DNA from: Eledone cirrhosa
Lineage: Eukaryota
Assembly (NCBI GenBank): GCA_964016885.1
Contig: OZ024742.1
Location: 27,776,001-27,840,000 of the forward strand
Direction: 5' to 3'
DNA length: 64,000 nt
Both the position numbers and the translations under genes were made by a program. Shown here one piece after another: positions 1 to 10,839 of the stretch (positions are counted from its first letter, which is position 1; the number at the start of each line of letters is the position of its first letter). Below the pieces are notes generated by a model that had not been told where the DNA came from, searched no databases, and saw nothing but the letters and a program-made list of their open reading frames with translations.

Positions 1-35
1 ATATATAAATATATATATAAATATATATATATATA

Positions 36-235
36 NNNNNNNNNNNNNNNNNNNNNNNNNNNNNNNNNNNNNNNNNNNNNNNNNNNNNNNNNNNNNNNNN
101 NNNNNNNNNNNNNNNNNNNNNNNNNNNNNNNNNNNNNNNNNNNNNNNNNNNNNNNNNNNNNNNNNNNNNNNNNNNNNNNNNNNNNNNNNNNNNNNNNNNN
201 NNNNNNNNNNNNNNNNNNNNNNNNNNNNNNNNNNN
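36..235. other. Assembly gap (200 N)
   Basis: Run of N next to (TA)n tracts. Confidence 0.99.
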
Positions 236-284
236 GTAAATGGAATAATTGCCTTATGTTGTTTATTACATAATAATAATATAT

Positions 285-389
<105 letters not shown>

Positions 390-396
390 AATGTAT

Positions 397-535
<139 letters not shown>

Positions 536-542
536 AATACAT

Positions 543-577
<35 letters not shown>

Positions 578-597
578 AATATATATACATATATATA

Positions 598-653
<56 letters not shown>

Positions 654-656
<3 letters not shown>

Positions 657-2670
657 ATATGAAGACTGGTAAGGCGGCTGGGCCTTCGGAAATAGTTGCT
701 GAGATGCTGAAGGCATCTGGCACGGTGGGACACACCATGGTCACCCGCATAGTTAACCAAGTCGTACAAAACGGGGTTGTTCCGAAGGACTGGCATAGCA
801 GCATCATCGTTAACTGTTATAAGGGTAAAGGAGACGCCCTAGATAGGAGTAACTATAGAGGCATTAAATTAATCGACCAGGTCATGAAGGTCACGGAAAG
901 AGTAATAGCGCAACTAATCAGAGAGAGAATTGACCTAGATGAAATGCAGTTCGGGTTTGTGTCAGGCAAAAGTACCACAGACGCTCTTTTCATAGTACGA
1001 CAACTACAAGAGAAGTACCTAGCTAAAGGTAAACCCCTCTACTTAGCTTTTGTCGACTTGGAGAAAGCCTTCGACAGAGTCCCCCGCTCCATTATCTGGT
1101 GGGCTCTTAGAAAACTAGGCGTTGACGAATGGCTTGTGAGGGCTATACAAGCCATGTATAAAGAAACAGTCAGCAAGGTTAGAATTAACAACGAATATAG
1201 TGAAGAGTTTAGCGTAAAAGTCGGCGTCCATCAGGGCTCTGTTCTCAGTCCACTACTATTTATTATTGCCCTTCAGGCCATAACAGAGGAGTTCAAGACA
1301 GGCTGCCCATGGGAACTCCTATACGCAGACGACCTGACACTCATAGCGGAATCAATGGCCGAGCTAGAGAAGAAATTCCAAACATGGAAGCACGGCCTAG
1401 AGTCAAAAGGACTTAAAATTAACCTGGCTAAGACCAAAGTACTAGTTTGTAGGAAAGAAAACAAGGCGGCGGTCCCTTCTGGGAAATGGTCGTGCTCGGT
1501 GTGTAGGAAAGGCGTAGGTAGAAACTCCATTTTATGTCCTAAATGCAAAGTATGGGTGCATAAAAGATGTAGTGGGATCACAGGTAGGCTAACTAAGAAC
1601 ATAGATTTTACATGTGGCCGGTGCTCTGGTGCAATAAGTAGCAGCAAGTGCCCACAAACTACTAGCTCTTTCAATTGCGCAGAGGGTTCTATAGAAATAG
1701 TGGACAGCTTCCGTTACCTGGGCGATAAAATCAGCAGTGGGGGAGGGTGCTCTGAAAGTACTGTAGCTAGAGTCAGAACTGGTTGGAAAAAGTTCAGAGA
1801 GCTTATACCACTATTAGCTGCTAAAGGGTTCTCACTAAAAATGAAAGGCAGGTTGTACGATGCCTGCATACGAACAGCAATGCTGCATGGCAGTGAGACC
1901 TGGGCATTGTGTGCAGAGGATATACGCAGACTAGAGAGGAACGAAGCTTGCATGCTCCGCTGGATGTGTAACAGTAATATACGTGAACGGCAAAGCATAA
2001 ACGAACTAAGGAATAAATTAGAGATAAGAGGGATCAGATGTTGTTTACTCGAGAGAAGGCTACGTTGGTATGGACACGTGATGCGCATGAAAGTCGATAG
2101 CTGTATAACAAAGTGCAGGGCAATAAAGATAGACGGTAGTCACGGAATAGGCAGACCTAGAAAAACCTGGGACGAGCTGATAAACTCCGACATCACACAC
2201 TTACACCTCTCCAAGACAATGTCACTGGACCGAGACCTTTGGCGGTACTCAGTAACAGAGAAGACCCGCCTTACCTAAATATATAGTAAAACCTACTCCA
2301 GCCAGTAGGCATCTCTAACAAATACACCCCGTCCCACCACCCCCACCCGATCCACACCACCCCGTTCTATGTAAAGTTATGTTGGTGCCGCGCCATCGAG
2401 GCCGAAACAAATGAGATCGTGTAGGTGTCACGACAAAAAAACACACAGTCCACGCTGTAATGTGGCCGTGTAGGCAACACGGTAAAAACCTCCCAGACCC
2501 ACACTGTAAATGTGGTTGGTGTTAGGAAGGGCATCCAACTGTAGAAAACCTGCCAGACAGTCCTATGCGAGCAAGACAATCACTCTTGCCTCAAGTGGGA
2601 CTACCCCCGTCCAAACCCATGCAAGCGTGGAACACGGACGTTAAACGTTGATGATGATGATGATGATGAT
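654..2670 (+). mobile_element. RTE-clade LINE family A, 5'-truncated, young copy
   Basis: RT ORF, ~370-bp 3' UTR and (GAT)n tail at 2649-2670; (TA)n on both sides. Confidence 0.95.
659..2278 (+). CDS. RTE LINE reverse transcriptase (C-terminal part) with inserted PHD finger
   Basis: Motifs [45 protein letters not shown] (1322-1333), [21 protein letters not shown]. Uninterrupted for 539 aa; the start is a truncation point. Confidence 0.93.
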   Translation: MKTGKAAGPSEIVAEMLKASGTVGHTMVTRIVNQVVQNGVVPKDWHSSIIVNCYKGKGDALDRSNYRGIKLIDQVMKVTERVIAQLIRERIDLDEMQFGFVSGKSTTDALFIVRQLQEKYLAKGKPLYLAFVDLEKAFDRVPRSIIWWALRKLGVDEWLVRAIQAMYKETVSKVRINNEYSEEFSVKVGVHQGSVLSPLLFIIALQAITEEFKTGCPWELLYADDLTLIAESMAELEKKFQTWKHGLESKGLKINLAKTKVLVCRKENKAAVPSGKWSCSVCRKGVGRNSILCPKCKVWVHKRCSGITGRLTKNIDFTCGRCSGAISSSKCPQTTSSFNCAEGSIEIVDSFRYLGDKISSGGGCSESTVARVRTGWKKFRELIPLLAAKGFSLKMKGRLYDACIRTAMLHGSETWALCAEDIRRLERNEACMLRWMCNSNIRERQSINELRNKLEIRGIRCCLLERRLRWYGHVMRMKVDSCITKCRAIKIDGSHGIGRPRKTWDELINSDITHLHLSKTMSLDRDLWRYSVTEKTRLT

Positions 2671-2671
2671 G

Positions 2672-2855
<184 letters not shown>

Positions 2856-2861
2856 ACACAT

Positions 2862-2940
<79 letters not shown>

Positions 2941-3049
2941 CACACATATATATATATATACACACACACAATAATTAACACAAGAAATTGTATAAAACAC
3001 ATTTAGGGTTATCTACTCACACCACTAATCATAATAATAATAATGATAA

Positions 3050-4190
3050 TATGCATGCTGAAACTTGTTGAAAAGCTTGAGCGAAGTAAGAAGCTTCATT
3101 CTATCTTGAAGGAGAGCAAAAAATATGCTACTGATCTCATGCTTGATACCCAGGCTGGACAGACTAAAGAAACTTGCAACTGATGCTGCTAGGCACATAA
3201 AATCACTGGCAAAAGCAAAAGGGCAAGCACAATTAGCATCAAAGTGGGAGCAGAAACCTCTGCATGGCAAATATGTGGCCCGTAGCAAACAAGCTGATTT
3301 TAACCAAAAGCACACCCATCAGTGGCTACGTAGTTCAGGGCTAAAGGCGGAGAGTGAAGACTTCAGCTTAGTTGCCCAAGATGAAAGCTTATTGACTCGT
3401 AATTACCAGGCCAATGTGATGAGAAACGGAATAAACTCAAAGTGCCGATTCTGCAATGCTGGGGTTGAAACAGTGGATCACTTAGTCTCTGGATGTAAAG
3501 TTTTAGCACCAGTAGAATACAAATATAGACATGACAGAGTTGGCCAATATCTACACAGGGTAATATATCGGCATTACAAATTCAAAGCTGAAGACAAGTG
3601 GTACAATCATAACCCTGAGGCTGTGACTGAAGGAGAAAAAGTAACAATTCTCTGGGACTTTCCTGTACATACTGACAGGACCATACAAGCAAATAGACCT
3701 GTAAAAGATCATTTTAAAAGATCAACATAACAAGGTTTGTTTATTGATAGATATGAGCATCCCATGTGATCACAATATCACACAAAAGAATTTGACAAGC
3801 TACGAAAATAGAAAGATCTGCTTATTGAAATTGAGAAAATGTGGCACCTCAAGACCGTTACAATACCAGTGATTGTGGGAGGACTGGGAATGATCAAGAA
3901 AGGAATAGAACAATATTTGCAAATGATTCCTGGTTTACCCTCTCTGCACGAGGTGCAATAAATTGTTTTGACTGGTACTGCACACGTATTGAGAAGAGCA
4001 CTATCTCTGTAAGATTGATATCCCTCCTCGTATTTACATATGCATATGCACATGTGTATATATGTATACTGCTTTTTTTTGTTTTTGTTTTAGTATAATC
4101 AATCTGCTGTATTAACTGGCTTAACAATGCACACTGTGAATTTATTTGCTCTAGGTGTCAGGAAGACACTCGGTATATATCTCAGAAACA
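3050..4190 (+). mobile_element. Dong/R4-like non-LTR retrotransposon 3' fragment (restriction-like endonuclease), degenerate
   Basis: KPLHGKY, CRFC-x8-H-x4-C knuckle, YKYRHDRV, ILWDFPVHTDRTIQANRP; then frameshifted LLIDMSIP and PVIVGGLG...TAHVLRRAL ending ~4012. TAA-rich flanks. Confidence 0.85.
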
Positions 4191-4220
4191 ATAATGAAAG
4201 AAAATAAAAACAATAATAAT

Positions 4221-4325
4221 GATGTTATTTATTGGTCACAAGGACCGACATATAAAGTACAATACAAAGACAGAGACAGTGGGGGTTTACAATAATATTG
4301 AGTAAAAATACACAATAACAAAACC
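4221..4325 (-). mobile_element. Extreme 3' fragment of the Tx1-like LINE family
   Basis: Aligns by eye to 10562-10670; (TAA)n on both sides. Confidence 0.8.
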
Positions 4326-4432
4326 AATAATAATAATAATGATCATCATCATCATCATCCTCATGATCAGCAATATAGTTAGAATAATAGTTTTTATTAT
4401 ATTTATATTATACTTATATAGTCACCAATAAT

Positions 4433-4559
4433 TGTTTCTACTTTTGGCACAAGGCCAGCAATTACCCAATACATTACTGGTACTTTATTTTATCGACCCC
4501 GTAAGGATGAAAGGCAAAGTTAACCTCGGCGGGATTTGAACTCAGACCGTAAAGGGACG
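4433..4559 (-). mobile_element. SINE family 1, 5'-truncated, 18-bp TSD
   Basis: B-box-like GAGTTCAAATCCC and family central domain; TSD tatatagtcaccaataat at 4415-4432 and 4560-4577. Confidence 0.9.
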
Positions 4560-4760
4560 TATATAGTCACCAATAATGTTTGGTAAAGGTAGCATGTCAG
4601 TGTAATATATATATCAACTTACAAGTTGGTTTATATACACATAAACATAGATATAGATAAACATATGTATGTGGCGTATATATAAATATTTGAATGTTGT
4701 ACATATTTGGTGTTGTGGTAATATATTTTAATCTATATATATATAATATATATATATATA

Positions 4761-5795
4761 TCATCATCATCATCATCATCAACGTTTAACGTCCGTGTTC
4801 CACGCTTGCATGGGTTTGGACGGGGGTAGTCCCACTTGAGGCAAGAGTGATTGTCTTGCTCGCATAGGACTGTCTGGCAGGTTTTCTACAGTTGGATGCC
4901 CTTCCTAACACCAACCACATTTACAGTGTGGGTCTGGGAGGTTTTTACCGTGTTGCCTACACGGCCACATTACAGCGTGGACTGTGTGTTTTTTTGTCGT
5001 GACACCTACACGATCTCATTTGTTTCGGCCTGGATGGCGCGGCACCAACATAACTTTACATAGAACGGGGTGGTGTGGATGGGGTGGGGGTGGTGGCGGG
5101 ACGGGGTGTATTTTGTTAGAGATGCCTACTGGCAAGGCGGGTCTTCTCTGTTACTGAGTACCGCCAAAGGTCTCGGTCCAGTGACATTGTCTTGGAGAGG
5201 TGTAAGTGTGTGAGGTCGGAGTTTATCAGCTCATCCCATGTTTTTCTAGGTCTGCCTATTCCGTGGCTACCGTCTATCTTTATTGCCCTGCACTTTGTTA
5301 TACAGCTATCGACTTTCATGCGCATCACGTGTCCATACCAACGCAGCCTTCTCTCGAGTAAACAACATCTGATCCCTCTTATCTCTAATTTTTTCCTTAG
5401 TTCGTTTATGCTTTGCCGTTCACGTATATTACTGTTACACATCCAGCGCAGCATGCAAGCTTCGTTCCTCTCCAGTCTGCGTATATCCTCTGCACACAAT
5501 GCCCAGGTCTCACTACCATGCAACATTGCTGTTCGTATGCAGGCATCGTACAACCTGCCTTTCATTTTTAGGGAGAACGCTTTAGCAGCTAATAGTGGTA
5601 TAAGCTCTCTGAACTTTTTCCAACCAGTTCTGACTCTAGCTACAGTACTTTCAGAGCACCCTCCCCCACTGCTGATTTTATCGCCCAGGTAACGGAAGCT
5701 GTCCACTATTTCTATAGAACCCTCTGCGCAATTGAAAGAGCTAGTATTTTGTGGGCACTTGCTGCTACTTATTGCACCAGAACACCGGCCACATG
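4761..5795 (-). mobile_element. RTE family A 3' fragment
   Basis: Near-identical reverse complement of ~1610-2670; ORF 5116..5706; (CAT)n tail at 4761-4780. Confidence 0.95.
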
Positions 5796-5845
5796 ATATA
5801 TATATATATTATATATATATATATATAATATATATATATATAATG

Positions 5846-5894
<49 letters not shown>

Positions 5895-5984
5895 GTTATA
5901 TATATATATAATGTTATATATATATATAATGTTATATATATAATGTTATAGATATATATATATATATAATGTTATATATATATA

Positions 5985-6030
<46 letters not shown>

Positions 6031-6031
6031 G

Positions 6032-6070
<39 letters not shown>

Positions 6071-6071
6071 G

Positions 6072-6112
<41 letters not shown>

Positions 6113-6146
6113 ATGTTATATATATATATAATGTTATATATATATA

Positions 6147-6188
<42 letters not shown>

Positions 6189-6190
6189 GT

Positions 6191-6226
<36 letters not shown>

Positions 6227-6258
6227 GTTATATATATACATAATGTTATATATATATA

Positions 6259-6316
<58 letters not shown>

Positions 6317-6476
6317 GTTGTATATATATATATATATATATATATAATGTTATATATATATATATATATATAATGTTATGTATATATATATTTATATAAT
6401 GTTATATATATATATATATATATATATATAATGTTGTATATATATATATATATATATATAATGTTATTTATATATA

Positions 6477-6543
<67 letters not shown>

Positions 6544-6546
6544 CGT

Positions 6547-6606
<60 letters not shown>

Positions 6607-6609
6607 ATG

Positions 6610-6646
<37 letters not shown>

Positions 6647-6648
6647 GT

Positions 6649-6680
<32 letters not shown>

Positions 6681-6683
6681 ATG

Positions 6684-6738
<55 letters not shown>

Positions 6739-6817
6739 GTTATATATATATATATATATATATATAATGTTATATATATATATATATATAAATATATAAT
6801 GTTTTATATATGTATAT

Positions 6818-7033
6818 AACGAAGGAAATGTGGTAAGGAACCAGGTGGACCATAACGCACCAAAGTACTCAATACTTGAGGTAGTAGAGTGGGTAATAGG
6901 AACCAGTAAGACCCCGACAGCTGAGCTCAAGCCGTTTCGACGGCTAATTCTGGACTAAATTCTGGACTGATTTAGTCCAGAATTAGCCGTCGAAACGGCT
7001 TGAGCTCAGCTGTCGGGGTCTTACTGGTTCCTA
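6818..7033. mobile_element. Palindromic Penelope-like mini-element
   Basis: Perfect 64-bp arms at 6897-6960 and 6970-7033; contains a hammerhead 3' half (GAAA-stem III-GTC); homolog at 60931-61127. Confidence 0.75.
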
Positions 7034-7058
7034 TATATATATATATATATATATATAT

Positions 7059-7103
<45 letters not shown>

Positions 7104-7144
7104 GTTTTATATATATATATATAATGTTATATATATATATATAA

Positions 7145-7378
7145 CAGTGGTGGTCGATTGGCAGTATCGGTAGAGTATAAGGGTGGTGGATTGGTGGATT
7201 GGCAGTATCGGTAGAGTGTCGGACGCCATGCTTTGACGCATAGTTACGTCCCTTTACGATCTGAGTTCAAATCCCGCCGAGGTTGACTTTGCCTTTCATC
7301 CTTACGGGGTCGATATAATAAAGTACCAGTAATGCACTGGATAATTTGCTGGCCTTGTGCCTAAAGTAGAAACAATTA
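7145..7378 (+). mobile_element. SINE family 1 (tRNA-derived), duplicated head
   Basis: A-box-like TGGCAGTATCGG, B-box-like GAGTTCAAATCCC, central domain ctttgcctttcatccttacggggtcgat...aagtaccag, tail ggccttgtgcctaaagtagaaacaattat. Confidence 0.9.
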
Positions 7379-7423
7379 TATATATATATATATAATGTTA
7401 TATATATATATATATATTTTTAT

Positions 7424-7454
<31 letters not shown>

Positions 7455-7499
7455 ATGTTATATATATATATATATAATGTTATATATATATATATAATG

Positions 7500-7544
<45 letters not shown>

Positions 7545-7589
7545 GTTATATATATATATATAATGTTATATATATATATATATATAATG

Positions 7590-7678
<89 letters not shown>

Positions 7679-7703
7679 GTTATATATATATATATATATA
7701 TAT

Positions 7704-7982
7704 AACATCCAGGCCGAAACAAATGAGTTCGTGTAGGTGTCACGACAAAAAAACACACAGTCCACGCTGTAATGTGGCCGTGTAGGCAACACGGTAAAAA
7801 CCTCCCAGACCCACACTGTAAATGTGGTTGGTGTTAGGAAGGGCATCCAACTGTAGAAAACCTGCCAGACAGTCCTATGCGAGCAAGACAATCACTCTTG
7901 CCTCAAGTGGGACTACCCCCGTCCAAACCCATGCAAGCGTGGAACACGGACGTTAAACGTTGATGATGATGATGATGATGAT
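7704..7982 (+). mobile_element. RTE family A 3' UTR fragment
   Basis: Matches 2395-2670; (GAT)n tail. Confidence 0.93.
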
Positions 7983-8000
7983 ATATATATATATATAATG

Positions 8001-8039
<39 letters not shown>

Positions 8040-8040
8040 G

Positions 8041-8107
<67 letters not shown>

Positions 8108-8108
8108 G

Positions 8109-8167
<59 letters not shown>

Positions 8168-8438
8168 ATGTTATATATATATATATAATGTTATATATAT
8201 ATATATATATATATTGTTATATATATATATATATATAATGTTATATATATATATATATATAATGTTATATATATATATATATATATATAATGTTATATAT
8301 ATATATATATATAATGTTATATATATATATATATATAATGTTATATATATATATATATATATATAATGTTATATATATATATATAATGTTATATATATAT
8401 ATATATATAATGTTATATATATATATATATATATAATG

Positions 8439-8475
<37 letters not shown>

Positions 8476-8476
8476 G

Positions 8477-8535
<59 letters not shown>

Positions 8536-8557
8536 GTATATATATACATATATATAA

Positions 8558-9280
8558 ATATCTTTAAGTCGTTTGGAAGCCTCGACAATGCAAATGGGTA
8601 AATCTCCGGGTAACAAGGTCCGGTGGTGGAGAGAGAGATGTAAGTGGGTGTACGTTGAGATGCGTGGTGTGTATAAGATGTGTGAGATGTGTAGAATGAA
8701 GGGAAGAGTATAAAGGATAAAATAAAAATAACAACACAAGAGAGAGTTACCTTGGGAGAGATTTAATAGTCCCTAAATATTTCGGATTCACATCCATCAA
8801 CTGGGGTTTTTTTCCCGGCGTGGGGGAAAAGGTTGTCTGTCGGACAAGTCCGGAACACGTCCTTCGCTGTTTGTTGTTTTGAACACCTGAGTTATTCGGC
8901 AGAGCGCGCGTGCGCGTGAAATGGGGTCGGTCGTACAGAAGTCAGCGGCCGAATCAGGGAGTGGGATGGCGCTAGCTGTCAGTCCATTCTCTGCCTGTTT
9001 CTTAAATGTTGCTGTGTGTGTGTGTGCGTATGTTGTTGTCTCGCTTGAGTGTGTGTGTGCGTGTGTTGTTGCCTTGTTCATCTGTATTGGCAGTGTAGTA
9101 TGTTCGTATGGTGGAATGCTACTGTGTGTGTGTGCGTGTGTGTGTGTAGTTGTCTCGTTTGCACGTGTGTTGTGTGTTGTTGTATCGCTTGTTAACTTAA
9201 ACCAGCCATCTCATTTCGCTTTTCTCTGATCGGTTGTTTATTTGCGGTTGCAGTCGTTTGATAAAAAGCGCTTCCTTGAT
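8558..9280 (-). mobile_element. Penelope-like element 3' end (GIY-YIG C-terminus plus pLTR/UTR)
   Basis: Minus strand 9280-9197 reads IKEALFIKRLQPQINNRSEKSEMRWLV*, matching the E-x2-hI-x4-P-x-hN end of GIY-YIG endonucleases; degenerate hammerhead at 8770-8806; (TA)n flanks. Confidence 0.75.
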
Positions 9281-9289
9281 ATATATATA

Positions 9290-9324
<35 letters not shown>

Positions 9325-9480
9325 GTATATATATATATACATATATATTCAGAATAGTAATAAATGAAGACATTCACATAATCAAAATATATGTTTTATT
9401 ATTTTATTATATATATTTTGAAGGTACTGTGCTGTTTTTTCAGTACGTCCTCGTCAGATAAAATACATGAATTGATGTAT

Positions 9481-9870
9481 ACCTTACCCAACTACACCTC
9501 TCAAAGTCAATGACACACGACCGTGACTTCTGGCGTCACGCAGTAATACAGGGTACCCGACCTCCCATGGGTACATGCTGAAGCATATAAACAATATGCC
9601 CCCCCACCGCAAGGTGGTCGTGGAGGTGCCACGGCAAAAAAGCACCCGGCCCACACTGTAAAGTGGACGTGTAGGCGCCACGAAAAAGCACCCAGCACTC
9701 ACTGTAAATGAGGTTGGTGTTAGGAAGGGCATCCAGCTGTAGAAATCAAGCCAGATCAGTTCCTGTATGAGCAAGGCATGGTCAGCCGACCAGACACTGC
9801 CCACAACAGGACAACCCGTCTAACGTGGAAGAACGGACGTAAAACGGTGATGATGATGATGATGATGATG
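9481..9870 (+). mobile_element. RTE family B 3' fragment
   Basis: Matches the reverse complement of 35743-36140; (GAT)n tail. Confidence 0.9.
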
Positions 9871-10007
9871 ACATACCTCAACTGTCTTGATAGTTCAATT
9901 CCAGTATTAGCAGTGATTTATTACAACAAATCTCAACATTTATATACCACAAATAATAACATAATACACTATCAAGACAGTTGAGGTATGTCATACATCA
10001 AGTCATG

Positions 10008-10073
10008 TATTTTATCTGACGAGGACGTACTGAAAAACCAGCACAGTACCTTCGAAATATATATAATAAAATA
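10008..10073 (+). ncRNA. Type I hammerhead ribozyme (predicted)
   Basis: Stem I tattttat/ataaaata, CTGACGA at 10016-10022, stem II ggacgtactg/cagtaccttc, GAAA at 10054-10057, palindromic stem III ATATATAT, cleavage triplet AUA (after 10065). Confidence 0.85.
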
Positions 10074-10839
10074 ATAAAACATATATTTTGATTATGTGAA
10101 TGTCTTCATTTATTATTATTCTGAATAATAATAACTCCAGAAAACTATTGTAGAGTGCTTTTAATCTATTGTAAAACTATATTCATTGAGTAATCAATGA
10201 ACCATATTAATATTTGATTATATACATATATATATGTATATATATAAACATATGTATTTATATAATATATACATATTATAGTATGTAGTATTTATTATAT
10301 TCATATTTAAGTAGAGCCAGAGGATAATAGGAGTTTACTGTATAAAAATGTTTACTTACAATAAATTAGAAATTATCTATCAAAAAAATATTACCATTAG
10401 GAAAAAAAATTGGACCAAAATTTTGAGAAACATTTCTCTTGGCTATTTTAAAACGAATTTTTAAATCACTAAAATAAAAGGGGGGAAAAGCATACAAGCA
10501 AAGCAGGGTATATATAAAATTAACTAGGTTCAAGGACATTACAATTAATAATAATAATAATGATTACATTTATTAGCCACAAGGGCCGACATGTAGGGGA
10601 CAATACAGAGACAGGGACAGTGGGGATTTACAATAAGGTCCGGTAAAAGTGCACAATGGCAAGACTAATTTAACAATGAAAATATAAAAATATAAAATAA
10701 ACTATGCATAAATATAACAAAATAAATTCCCCGATAGGGGGTGTACGACCCTGGGGTGCTTCAGGTACCCCACCAATGCTGAACCACCCTGCGCTTCTAG
10801 GGCACCCAGGAGAGCACCCCTCTCCTCAAGTTAGCCAGC

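Larger units (their letters stand above)
5796..8557. repeat. Compound (TA)n microsatellite with recurrent TAATGTTA interruptions, hosting three insertions
   Basis: Direct reading. Confidence 0.95.
9344..10215. mobile_element. Head-to-head palindromic Penelope-like element interrupted by an RTE insertion
   Basis: Left arm 9344-9480 plus 9871-9893 is the reverse complement of right arm 9969-10128; a hammerhead lies in each arm. Confidence 0.8.

Noticed and set aside
1273-2088. Antisense ORFs recurring in RTE copies (also 5192, 36170, 38129, 52587)
   Set aside because: Shadow frames of the RT coding strand; recurrence reflects repeat copies and there are no recognisable domains.
2367-2579. Repeated small [21 protein letters not shown]
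   Set aside because: Antisense of the RTE 3' UTR; start and length vary between copies.
7145-7378. tRNA gene
   Set aside because: A/B-box-like motifs belong to a multi-copy SINE with body and tail; no cloverleaf is evident.
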